Part shown: piece after piece, positions 55,525-64,000 of the stretch
Layout: each line of letters opens with the position of its first letter
Position numbering within the stretch: position 1 is the stretch's first letter
Source of the DNA: Thermoplasmata archaeon
GTDB taxonomy: Archaea; Thermoplasmatota; E2; JACPAO01; JAHFTW01
Assembly (NCBI GenBank): GCA_034667725.1
Contig: JAXDQS010000003.1
Span: 448,001-512,000, forward strand
Direction of reading: 5' to 3'
DNA: 64,000 nucleotides
The notes under the pieces: generated by a model
What the model saw: only the letters and a program-made list of their open reading frames with translations
Databases searched by the model: none
Told to the model about the DNA's origin: nothing
Made by a program: the position numbers and the translations under genes

Positions 55525-56523
55525 TCAGGCTGCCTTCGAGCCGGGGCGGGCGGGCTGCAGCGACAGCCGCTGCTGCATCGTCAGCACGGGCGCGAACAGG
55601 TCGCCAAGCTTCTCGGCGCGGCGCACGGCGTCGTCGGGCCCGAACCGGAACCCCTCCGGGTCGCCGCGGCGGCGCAGCCGCTCCAGCTCCGGCCAACTGA
55701 GAGGAACGGAGACAGACGGCTCGGGACGGCCGCGCAACGAATAGACGCAGACCGTGGTCTTGTGGGTGTCGTTCTGGCTCCAGTCCACCAAGACCTTGTG
55801 GGCCCGGAGCGCCTTGCGCATGTTCGAGGTCACAAGCTCCGGCAGGGCTGCCTCCAAGGCCTCGGCCACGCGGCGGGCGAACGGCTTGGTCTGCGCGTAG
55901 GTCATGGGCGTGTTGAGCGGCGCGTACACCTGGATGCCTTTGGCGCCCGACACCTTCGGGAAGCACTCCAGGCCCAGGTGCCCGAGCGCTGCGCGGACGG
56001 CCTCGGCGACCTCGGCGCACTCCAGCACGCCGGCGCCCTCCCCCGGGTCGAGGTCGAAGGCGAGCGTGGTCGGGCGGTCGGTGTCGCGGAAGGTGCAGAG
56101 GTAGGTGTGCAGCTCCAGGTCGGCGGCGTTGGCGAGCCACACCAGGTCCGCCAGCGAATCCGCCATGCAGAACTCGATGTCGGCGCCGCGGGTCTCCGAG
56201 TACCAGTTCGTCGTCGGCAGCCACTCGGGGCGGTGCGCGGGGCACTCCTTCTGGTAGAAGAACGGGGCCTCGACGCCGTTGGGGTAGCGCTTGAGGCTCA
56301 AGGGGCGCCCGGCCAGGTGCGGCAGCAGCCACGGCGAGATCCGGACGTAGTAGTCGATGAGCTCGCGCTTGGTGAACCCCGTCTTGGGATACATCACCTT
56401 GTCCAGGTTGGTGAGCTGGAGACGGCGCCCCTCGACCTCGACCTCGAGCGCCTGCTTGCCCGCCCGCGCGACCGCGGCGTGCATCGCCTTGGCCGGGTCC
56501 TTCGTGCCGGCCATCGGCCTCAC
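55525..56523 (-). CDS. NHEJ primase/polymerase (stand-alone LigD Pol domain)
   Basis: LTNLDKVMYP, RYPNG, FFYQK, FDLDPG, SGAKGIQ, VDWSQN; start GTG 56523 or ATG 56514. Confidence 0.93.
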   Translation of the reverse strand: MRPMAGTKDPAKAMHAAVARAGKQALEVEVEGRRLQLTNLDKVMYPKTGFTKRELIDYYVRISPWLLPHLAGRPLSLKRYPNGVEAPFFYQKECPAHRPEWLPTTNWYSETRGADIEFCMADSLADLVWLANAADLELHTYLCTFRDTDRPTTLAFDLDPGEGAGVLECAEVAEAVRAALGHLGLECFPKVSGAKGIQVYAPLNTPMTYAQTKPFARRVAEALEAALPELVTSNMRKALRAHKVLVDWSQNDTHKTTVCVYSLRGRPEPSVSVPLSWPELERLRRRGDPEGFRFGPDDAVRRAEKLGDLFAPVLTMQQRLSLQPARPGSKAA

Positions 56524-57323
56524 GCCGCCGCCTTGGCCTTGCCCCTGACCTTCTTGAGCGACTTCTCCAGCGCGGTCACCAGGTCGATGGCGGGTGCCGC
56601 CGACTCGGGCGTGGGCTCGGCGACGATGTCGTGCCCCTTCGCCTTCTGCTCGATGAGCGCCATGAGCTTGTCGCGGTGCTCGTTGCGGTACTTCTGCGGG
56701 TCGAACTCCGCGCTCAGGCCCGCGATCAGCTGCTCCGCCAGCTTGAGCTGCTTGGCGTCGACGTGGCTCTTGCCCGCCTGCCTCGCCTCGGCGGCGATGC
56801 CCTCGGGCGGCACGACCTCCTCCTGGAAGCGCATGGTCTCCAGCATCAGGATGTCGCCTTGGACGCGGATGGCCACGAGGTGCTCCTTGTCGTGCATGAC
56901 CATGCGGCCGATGCCGACGCGCCCCGACTTGTCCAAGGCCGCGCGCAGCAGCTGGTAGGCAGCACCCGCGTTCTTGTCGGGCAGCAGGTAGTAGGGCTTC
57001 TCGTAGTAGACCGGGTCGATCTGCTCCGACGCCACGAACTCCTGCAGCTCGATGCTGCGGGTCGCCTCGGGGTCGGCGGCCGCCAACTCCTTTTCGGTGA
57101 AGGTGACGTGGCTGCCGCGGGTGTACTCGTAGCCCTTGACGATCTCCTCGCCGGGGACCTCGTCGCCGTGCTTGGCGCAGACCCGCTTGAACTTGATGCG
57201 GGCACCGTCGGCGGCGTGCAGCATATGGAAGCGGACGTCCTTGTCCGTCACCGCGGTCACGAGCTTGACCGGGATGTTCACGAGGCCGAGGCTGATGGCT
57301 CCGCTCCAGACTGCGCGCGCCAT
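56520..57323 (-). CDS. ku: Ku protein
   Basis: RAVWSGAISLGLVNIPVKL, IVKGYEY, IDPVYYEKPYYL, DLVTALEKS; GGAGGTGA SD. Confidence 0.97.
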   Translation of the reverse strand: MARAVWSGAISLGLVNIPVKLVTAVTDKDVRFHMLHAADGARIKFKRVCAKHGDEVPGEEIVKGYEYTRGSHVTFTEKELAAADPEATRSIELQEFVASEQIDPVYYEKPYYLLPDKNAGAAYQLLRAALDKSGRVGIGRMVMHDKEHLVAIRVQGDILMLETMRFQEEVVPPEGIAAEARQAGKSHVDAKQLKLAEQLIAGLSAEFDPQKYRNEHRDKLMALIEQKAKGHDIVAEPTPESAAPAIDLVTALEKSLKKVRGKAKAAA

Positions 57324-58297
57324 GGCTTCACCTCCGCCTGCTCCCACACGACCTCGGTCGCGGGCTTGTCGTTCCTCAGTCCTTTGAAGCTGGCCTGGAA
57401 CAGCAGGCCAAGAGGTGTCAGGTTCGAGAACTCCACTTCACACACCATCCTTGGGTCCACCCAGTGGACGTCGGGCTCCTCCTCTTCCAAACGGGCGCCG
57501 AACGGGCAGCCCAGCACCGGGATCGCTTGCAGCCGCGCCAGCAGCCTGGCGCCGTCGGCGCCGCCGAAGCCCGTGCCGACCTTCCCCACGTAGCGCAGGG
57601 TGCCGCCGGGCCGGTCGTGGTGGCCGACCAGGAGGTTGCCGATGGCGCCGGCGCGGGCGCCCTGCCCCTCCTTCCAGCCGCCGATGACGAACTCCTGGCG
57701 CAAGCGGTTGCGAATCTTGAGCCACGACGGGCTGCGCCGGCCGGAAAGGTACGGGCTCGCGAGCCGCTTGGCCACGATGCCCTCCAGGCCCATGGCGCGG
57801 CTGACCTGGAGCATCGCGTCGCCGACGCCGACGTGGCTCGGCGGCGTGCTCCAGTTGGCGCCCTGGAGCGCAAGCGACTCCAACGCCGCGCGCCGCTCGG
57901 TGTACGGCAGCTGCGTCAGGTCCGTGCCGCGCAGCCGCAGCACGTCGAAGGCGAAGTAGTGCACCGGGTTCGACGCGACCTGGCGCTGGACGTCACCGGG
58001 GTCCAGGAGGCCCAGCCGGCGCTGCATCCGCGGGAAGCTCGGGCGGCCGTGCGCGTCGAGCGCCACGACCTCGCCGTCCACGACGGTGCGCGCCGGCAGC
58101 TGCCGGGCCATCGGCTGCAGCTCCGGGAACGTGTGCGTCACGTCGTTGCCGTTGCGGCTCCAGACCCGCATCCGGCCGCCGTCCCGGCTGGCCAGGGCGC
58201 GCACGCCGTCCCATTTGTACTCGAAGGCGAACTCCAGGGGGCGCTCCGGCAGCGTGGCAGGCGTTGCCAGCATGGGCGGCACCCAGTCGTCCGGCAT
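57278..58297 (-). CDS. ATP-dependent DNA ligase (stand-alone LigD ligase domain)
   Basis: PMLA, EYKWDGVR, VDGEVV, FAFDVL, EGIVAKR, WLK, GKVGTGF. Confidence 0.95.
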   Translation of the reverse strand: MPDDWVPPMLATPATLPERPLEFAFEYKWDGVRALASRDGGRMRVWSRNGNDVTHTFPELQPMARQLPARTVVDGEVVALDAHGRPSFPRMQRRLGLLDPGDVQRQVASNPVHYFAFDVLRLRGTDLTQLPYTERRAALESLALQGANWSTPPSHVGVGDAMLQVSRAMGLEGIVAKRLASPYLSGRRSPSWLKIRNRLRQEFVIGGWKEGQGARAGAIGNLLVGHHDRPGGTLRYVGKVGTGFGGADGARLLARLQAIPVLGCPFGARLEEEEPDVHWVDPRMVCEVEFSNLTPLGLLFQASFKGLRNDKPATEVVWEQAEVKPWRAQSGAEPSASAS

Positions 58298-58519
58298 GGA
58301 TGCCCCGGTTCTGTCCCTGCTGCCTATTAGATTGTTCGGGGAATGGCGGCTTTCGCACGGTTGTCCCGCCGAGGACGACCCGCATCGGCGGTGCTTTGCC
58401 GCCCTTCCCGTGGGCAAGGGATATGGTTCCGTCCAGACAGAAAGCCACTTGATGCCGTGCAACGCCAAACCCGCAAGGTCTGGCTGCGCCCGTCCGGCAG
58501 AACGCCTGGATGGATCCCC

Positions 58520-59029
58520 ATGAAGCCCCACAACCCCCGACCCGCCGCGGCCCACAACCTGACGCCGCCCTACATGCCCCAGGCCGACCTGGACTATGAA
58601 GAAGGGTTCCGCGCCCTGGTCGCGATCGAGGCAGAGATGATGGTGCAGGGCGTGTCCGCCGAGCGGCTGCTGCGCCGCGGCCACGCGCGCTTCGCCCTTG
58701 GCAACTTCCTGGCCGCCGCCTTCGACGCCGAGCGCGCCATCCGCATGGACCCGCACAACCCCGAGGGCGACTACCTGAAGGGCCAGGCGTTCCTGGCGAT
58801 GGCCGCCGTCAAGCACGGGGTCGCCCGCCCCGCCATCGGCACCGGCCTGCCCAAGAAGGCGCTGCCGCCGCGCCGCCACCTGCTGCTCACGGCCCGCAAC
58901 TGCTTCCAGCGGGTGCTGGCCCTCAACCCGGACGACCCGCAGGCCCGCAAGGCGCTCCGGGCCACCCGCGCCATCCTGGCCGACCTGGCCGCCCACCCGG
59001 ACGCCCAGTCCCCGCCCCAGGCCGAGTAG
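58520..59029 (+). CDS. TPR-like protein
   Basis: RG.ARFALG, AIRMDPHN..YLKG, FQRVLALNPDD. Confidence 0.7.
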   Translation: MKPHNPRPAAAHNLTPPYMPQADLDYEEGFRALVAIEAEMMVQGVSAERLLRRGHARFALGNFLAAAFDAERAIRMDPHNPEGDYLKGQAFLAMAAVKHGVARPAIGTGLPKKALPPRRHLLLTARNCFQRVLALNPDDPQARKALRATRAILADLAAHPDAQSPPQAE

Positions 59030-59128
59030 CCGGGTCCGGGCCGCCCGGATGCCAACCCTGAGGCCTTGGAGCGTCGAGAAACTCCATGAAGCGCCCCACT
59101 GGAGGCGACCCTATGACAGGTGATTTTG

Positions 59129-59917
59129 ATGCCGCAGCCCAACCCCACCGGCCCCGCAAGCCGGACTTCCCGCACTTCGCGCCGGACGAGCCGGAGCGAC
59201 CGGACCACATCCCGCAGCCGAGCCCCCGCGACCCCGAGCCGCCAGGGCCGCTCCCGAGCCGCCCGCTCCGGCACGGCAAGCCCGGCCAGCCGGACGACGA
59301 CACGCCCGTCCCGCCCCCGCAAAAGCCGGACGAGCCCAACCCCGGCGAGCCCGCGCAAGGCATCGCGTCCCCGTGACCCGGAAGCCATCGCCACCCTGAA
59401 GGAGGACCACGCCCGGCTGCGCGAGCTGCTGCCCCGCCTGCGCGCGGCGCCGGACGCGCACAACCGCGAGAACCTGTTCCAGGACGTCCAGGACGAGCTG
59501 GCCATCCACGGCCGCCTCGAGGAGGACATCTTCGACCCCGCGTTCCGGGACGCCGCCAAGGGCCTGGACCGGAAGCTGTACTTTGAGGCCCGCGAGGAGC
59601 ACCAGTCCATCGACCGCCTGCTTGCGGAGATGCGCCGCACCGACGTCGGCTCCGAGGCGTTCGCCGCCCAATGCAAGGTGCTGGAGGACCAGGTGCTGCG
59701 CCACATCGACGCGGAGGAGCGGACGATGTTCCCGAAGGCCGTCCGCCTGCTCGACAAGGAGAAGATGGCGGAGCTGGCCGGCCGGATGCGCCGCCGCCGC
59801 CTCGAGCTGCACGGGCAGACGCCGGTCGAGCGCGCCAACCACGACCAGGAATCCGCCCGCGAGAGCCTGTGGGGCCGGCTGTTCGGGCCGTTCGGCGACG
59901 ACGACCGCGCCATCTGA
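59129..59917 (+). CDS. Hemerythrin-domain protein (start uncertain; basic low-complexity N-terminal tail)
   Basis: LKEDH, HGRLEE..F.P, EEH, HIDAEE..FP. Confidence 0.8.
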   Translation: MPQPNPTGPASRTSRTSRRTSRSDRTTSRSRAPATPSRQGRSRAARSGTASPASRTTTRPSRPRKSRTSPTPASPRKASRPRDPEAIATLKEDHARLRELLPRLRAAPDAHNRENLFQDVQDELAIHGRLEEDIFDPAFRDAAKGLDRKLYFEAREEHQSIDRLLAEMRRTDVGSEAFAAQCKVLEDQVLRHIDAEERTMFPKAVRLLDKEKMAELAGRMRRRRLELHGQTPVERANHDQESARESLWGRLFGPFGDDDRAI

Positions 59918-59952
59918 AGGGCCTTTTGTAGGACCATCCCCTCGGCGCCGCC

Positions 59953-60576
59953 ATGGAACAACCCGACTACCTCAAGCTCCTGCGCCAAGCGCGGGCGACC
60001 CTGCCCGAGAACGTGGGCAACAAGGACCGCTGGGCCCTGCCGAAGCCTGAGGTCATCCCCGAGGGCCGCATGACCATCCTGCGCAACTTCCGCGAGATGC
60101 TCACCGCCACCCGCCGCGACCAGGACCACCTGGCCAAGTTCCTGCTGTCCCAGATCGGCACCGCCGGCTCCGTCGACGGCGACCGCCTGGTCTTCACCGG
60201 CAAGGTGCCCATGGCGAAGATGCAGGGCGTCCTGGACGACTACGTCGAGACCTACGTCCGCTGCGCCGAGTGCGGCGCCCCCGACACCCACGTCGAGAAG
60301 GACGCCCGCGTCGCCATCCTGCGCTGCGAGGCGTGCGGCGCCCACACCCCCATCAAGGCCCGCAAGGCCCGCCGCCCCGAGGCCGCCGTCAAGGAGGGCG
60401 GCGTCTACGAGGTCCGCCTCAGCCAGCCCGGCCAGCGCGGCGAGGCCAAGGGCGCCTACGAGGGCTACTACTTCATCGTCCCCGGCGGCCAGGTCGGCCA
60501 GACCGTGTGGGCCAAGGTCAACCGCATCTCGGGCAAGATGGCGTTCTGCGAGCTGACGGTCAAGCCGAAGGACTGA
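59953..60576 (+). CDS. eif2b: Translation initiation factor aIF-2 beta with TRAM domain
   Basis: YLKLL, TILRNF, LAKFL, YV.CAECGAPDT, CEACGA; C-terminal TRAM-like GEAKG..FIVPG. Confidence 0.93.
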   Translation: MEQPDYLKLLRQARATLPENVGNKDRWALPKPEVIPEGRMTILRNFREMLTATRRDQDHLAKFLLSQIGTAGSVDGDRLVFTGKVPMAKMQGVLDDYVETYVRCAECGAPDTHVEKDARVAILRCEACGAHTPIKARKARRPEAAVKEGGVYEVRLSQPGQRGEAKGAYEGYYFIVPGGQVGQTVWAKVNRISGKMAFCELTVKPKD

Positions 60577-60580
60577 GCCG

Positions 60581-61165
60581 CTAGACCACTTGCCGCGCGT
60601 AGGTCCCCACGAGCCGCGCCGTCGCCAGCACATGCCCTGCCATCGCGGCCTCCAGCGCCTCGCGGTCCGAGCCGGGCTCCAGCGTGACGGCGACGTCGAG
60701 CGCGTAGACGGTGAAGTTGTAGTGGTGCGGCGCGCTCGCGGGCGCCGGGCAAGGGCCGCGGTAGCCTTCGCTCTCGATGGCGCCGTGGGGGAGGCCCCCT
60801 TGGGGGAAGCGGAGGGCGCCGTCCGGGGCGGTGAGGTTCCACACCAGCCAGAGCGTGAGGGTGCTGGCCGGCGCCTCGGGCACCGGCATGTCGGCGTCCT
60901 GCAAGATCAGCGCGAGCGACAAGGTGGCGGGCGCGACGCCGGTGACGTTGAGCGGCGGCGACACCTGGCGCTGCTGGTTGGCGTCGCACGAGTAGGCGCG
61001 CGGCATCGGGGCGCCGTCGGCGAAGTCGGGGCTCGACAGGCGCAGCAGGGCCGGGTCCTGCGTCGTCGCCATCGTGCCCGACGACGTCGTGCCGGCCAGG
61101 CCGGGCGCCCCCCCGCAACCGGCCAGCAGCACGGCGCAGGCCGTGAGCAAGGCCAGGTTGCGCAT
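60581..61165 (-). CDS. YbhB/YbcL (PEBP) family lipoprotein
   Basis: LLAGC; SPDFADG, VSPPL, DAD, YRGPCP, HHYNFTVYALD. Confidence 0.88.
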   Translation of the reverse strand: MRNLALLTACAVLLAGCGGAPGLAGTTSSGTMATTQDPALLRLSSPDFADGAPMPRAYSCDANQQRQVSPPLNVTGVAPATLSLALILQDADMPVPEAPASTLTLWLVWNLTAPDGALRFPQGGLPHGAIESEGYRGPCPAPASAPHHYNFTVYALDVAVTLEPGSDREALEAAMAGHVLATARLVGTYARQVV

Positions 61166-61212
61166 GCCTTGGGCGAGCGGCCGCCTCACCTGACGGCTTC
61201 GGCCGCGGCAAC

Positions 61213-63774
61213 TCACCATTGCACCACGCGGGCGCCGATGCGGCCCGCGGCCACGTCGCGCCCGGCCACCTGCACCCGCACCCGGTCGCCCAGGCGCGCG
61301 CGCACCAGGCGCGACTCGCCGGTGTCCGGGTCGGCCCACGTGCGCCAGCCCGTGGGGTCGGTGACGTCGCGCGGCTCCTGGTAGAGCATCGACTCCCACT
61401 CGTCGACCTGGAACGGGCCGCCGGGCAGGTCGCGCAGGGCGATGCGGGCGTCGAGGCCGCCTTCGAGCTCGACGAACATCCAGACCGGCGTGAAGCCGCC
61501 GACCCTGCCTTGCGTCGGCATCTCGTCCCCGGCCAGCACGAGGCAGCTGGCCTTGATGCGGCGCTCGAGCTGGTCGGCGGCGCGCTCCTGGCTGCTGCAG
61601 TGGTCGCACATCGCCTGGAGCGACTGCTCGCTGTGCGGCGCCGGCCCCTTCGAGCCCTCGACGAGCCACTTGAGGTTGCGGTGCACCACCAGGTCGGGGT
61701 AGCGCCGGATCGGGCTGGTGAAGTGGCAGTAGTAGGTCGAGGCGAGGCCGAAGTGGCCGGCGTTCTCCGGCATGTAGGCGGCGCGGCCCATGGCGCCAAG
61801 CACCTTGATGGTCGCGATCTCGGCCAATGCCGCGTCCGGCAGGTCCGACAGGGTGTCCACGACCTCGCGGAACGGCTCCAGCCAGGCGTCCTGCTCCTCC
61901 TCCGAGAGCGCCGCGAAGCCGACCTTGGCCGTGACGCCGCCATCGGGGGCGGGCGCCGCTGGGGCCTCGACGGCGCCGCCGAACATCTGCAGCTTGCCGC
62001 CGCCTTTCTTGAGCTGGTCGAGCAAGGTCTCGGCGGCGGCCTCGGCGCCCCGGGTGCTCTTGCCGGGCAGCACCATCTCGGCCGGGATGCCCATGGTGGC
62101 AAGCTGGTGCTTGAGCCGCTCGGCCTTGTCGCGGTCGGGCAGCGGGTGGACGCGGTACAGGACGGGGACCTTGTTCTCGGTGAGGTGGCGGGCGACCGCC
62201 TCGTTGGCGGCCACCATGAACATCTCGATCATGCGGGTGGCGTCGTCGGCGCGCTTCTCCAAGGCCGAGAACCCGGCGGCGCCGAGGATCACTTTCAATT
62301 CGCCGGTCTCCAGGTTGATGCCGCGGCGGTGCTGCCGCATCCGGTCGGCCAGCTCCATCAACTGCTTGAACGGGGACTGGCCGGCCCGGGCGCGCTGCAA
62401 CGCGGTCTCGTACGCCAGGTTCTCGCGCACCCGGATGAGGGCCTTGTGGAACTGCATCCCCTCGACGCGGCCGTCGGCGCCGACCTCCAAGCCCACGCTC
62501 AAGGCCATGCGGTCGCCGTCGCTGCGCAGGCTGCACAGGTTGTCGGAGATGCGGGCCGGCAGCATCGGCAGCACGCGGCCCGGCAGGTAGACCGAGGTGG
62601 CGCGCTTGCGGGCGTGGCGGTCGAGCGTGGTGTCGAGCCGCACGTAGTGGCTCACGTCGGCGATGTGGACCCAGAGCCGGACCCGCCCCGCGCCAAGGTC
62701 CTCGATGCCGACGGCGTCGTCGAAGTCCTTGGCGTCGTGCGGGTCGATGGTGTGGCACTCCAGGCCGCGCAGGTCGGTGCGGTCGGGGTCCTCGGCCAGC
62801 GTGGGCTCCGCGAACTTGGCGGCGGCCTCCTCGGCCCGGGGGTCCTCGGTGTGCTCGAAGAACTCCTCCTGGTTGACATGGCGGCGGATGAGCGCCCCGA
62901 CCGCCTCCTGCGGCGACCAGAGGCCCCACGCCAGCAGGCAATGGACGTAGTCGCTCGAGTGGCTGGTGTGCTCGCCCAGCCAGTCCTGCGCCAGGAAGCC
63001 GAGCTGGCGATGCAGGTCCAGGCCGAACGCCTGCACGGCCCCCAGCCCGCCGATGCCGCGCACCGGCTCCCCGTCGCGGGGGACGCCGTCCCACTCCACG
63101 AACTGGCGCATCGCGGGTTCGACCCACTCCAAGGTGGCGCGCGCGGCCTCCGACGGCTGGGTGGCGGCGCGGCGGAACGAGCGCCCCTCCTCCGTCTCCT
63201 CCTCGGCCACCAGCTCCCGCCGGAGCCGCTGCAGCTCCTCCCACGCGGCCCGCATCCGGTCGTGCTCGGCCAGGCTCCACGGCCGCCACCGGTCGCCGCG
63301 GCCGCCGACCGTCTGGAAGCGGCCGGTGCCGGGACGGCGGCAGCGGTCGAGGGCGGCGCGCGCGTCGCGCAGCTGGCCCGGCGACGGGTCGGAGCCGTAG
63401 TGCGCCTGCGCAATCTGGAGGTCGGTCCAGGACTCGCGGTCGTCGCGGCAGGTCGCCTGCCACAACGCCTCCTCCAGCCGGCCGAGGTCGTCCTCGCCCT
63501 CCTCCGCCAGGTTGCCCTTGGCGTGGACCTCGACGAGGTGCTTGAGGCGGGCGAGCGCCTCCTCGTGGTCGCGCAGGTCGCCGGCGTAACGCTCGCGGAA
63601 GACGCGCCGCGTGAGGTGCTCCGCCTTCGTCTCCTTCACGCCGGCCACGGTCAGAAGTCGCGCCCACGGCACGCCCTTGACGCGATAACGGTCGAGCAGG
63701 ATGCCAAGGTTGCGCGGCGCCTCGATGCCGTGCGTCCCCGGCTTGAACTCGACCACGTCGCCCGGCTTGGACAT
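61213..63774 (-). CDS. RNase II/R (RNB) family exoribonuclease with atypical N-terminus
   Basis: TIDPHDAKDFDDA, HIADVS, SVYLP, IEMFMVAAN, HFGL..HFTSPIRRYPDL, C-terminal S1-like domain. Confidence 0.93.
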   Translation of the reverse strand: MSKPGDVVEFKPGTHGIEAPRNLGILLDRYRVKGVPWARLLTVAGVKETKAEHLTRRVFRERYAGDLRDHEEALARLKHLVEVHAKGNLAEEGEDDLGRLEEALWQATCRDDRESWTDLQIAQAHYGSDPSPGQLRDARAALDRCRRPGTGRFQTVGGRGDRWRPWSLAEHDRMRAAWEELQRLRRELVAEEETEEGRSFRRAATQPSEAARATLEWVEPAMRQFVEWDGVPRDGEPVRGIGGLGAVQAFGLDLHRQLGFLAQDWLGEHTSHSSDYVHCLLAWGLWSPQEAVGALIRRHVNQEEFFEHTEDPRAEEAAAKFAEPTLAEDPDRTDLRGLECHTIDPHDAKDFDDAVGIEDLGAGRVRLWVHIADVSHYVRLDTTLDRHARKRATSVYLPGRVLPMLPARISDNLCSLRSDGDRMALSVGLEVGADGRVEGMQFHKALIRVRENLAYETALQRARAGQSPFKQLMELADRMRQHRRGINLETGELKVILGAAGFSALEKRADDATRMIEMFMVAANEAVARHLTENKVPVLYRVHPLPDRDKAERLKHQLATMGIPAEMVLPGKSTRGAEAAAETLLDQLKKGGGKLQMFGGAVEAPAAPAPDGGVTAKVGFAALSEEEQDAWLEPFREVVDTLSDLPDAALAEIATIKVLGAMGRAAYMPENAGHFGLASTYYCHFTSPIRRYPDLVVHRNLKWLVEGSKGPAPHSEQSLQAMCDHCSSQERAADQLERRIKASCLVLAGDEMPTQGRVGGFTPVWMFVELEGGLDARIALRDLPGGPFQVDEWESMLYQEPRDVTDPTGWRTWADPDTGESRLVRARLGDRVRVQVAGRDVAAGRIGARVVQW

Positions 63775-64000
63775 CAGAGGCCCGCGCAGAGGTCCTTGAG
63801 CGCCACCGCCGGCTTCCGCGCCTTCACGACGCCGGACGCCACCAGGACGCCGTGCGCGCCCAGCTCGATGGCCTTGGCGACGTCGTAGCCGGTCTTGACG
63901 CCGGCTCCGCACAGCACCTTGGTCTTGGCGCTCACCCGCTTGACCGCCTCGACGGCCTCCGACACCACCGTCGGGTCCGCCGACGTCACCGACACCTCGC
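63774..64000 (-). CDS. tpiA: Triosephosphate isomerase (archaeal type), 5' part outside the window
   Basis: [25 protein letters not shown]. Confidence 0.92.
   Translation of the reverse strand, partial: EVSVTSADPTVVSEAVEAVKRVSAKTKVLCGAGVKTGYDVAKAIELGAHGVLVASGVVKARKPAVALKDLCAGL

Noticed and set aside
58455-58515. Hairpins upstream of the TPR gene as a c-di-GMP-like riboswitch
   Set aside because: Only a short GCAA-loop stem is present; the conserved second stem and receptor motif are not evident.

Overview
Chromosomal DNA, very GC-rich (roughly 70% by eye), from an archaeon, most likely a Thermoplasmatota lineage (inference). Archaeal markers: archaeal/eukaryote-type GlyRS, Rqc2/NFACT plus Pelota, aIF-2beta with a C-terminal TRAM domain, archaeal TPI, and CCA-less tRNA-Gln(UUG, A1-U72) and tRNA-Pro(CGG). 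About 63 genes are supported; most long ORFs in the track are GC shadow frames. Highlights: (1) a 168-aa protein that looks like one half of eukaryotic deoxyhypusine hydroxylase, an enzyme thought to be missing from archaea; (2) a split NHEJ operon (ligase-Ku-primase/polymerase) beside a glycogen-type operon and a hemerythrin; (3) three membrane-spanning HTH regulators, one directly downstream of a gene for a secreted 8-Cys peptide; (4) a dispersed, modular, palindromic 63-bp repeat family (REP/BIME-like) at seven intergenic sites; (5) about ten LAGC/LSGC lipoproteins; (6) apparently leaderless genes with degenerate TATA boxes about 29 nt upstream of the start codon. I saw no CRISPR array, transposase or integrase. 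Family calls come from motif recognition by eye; no database searches were run.
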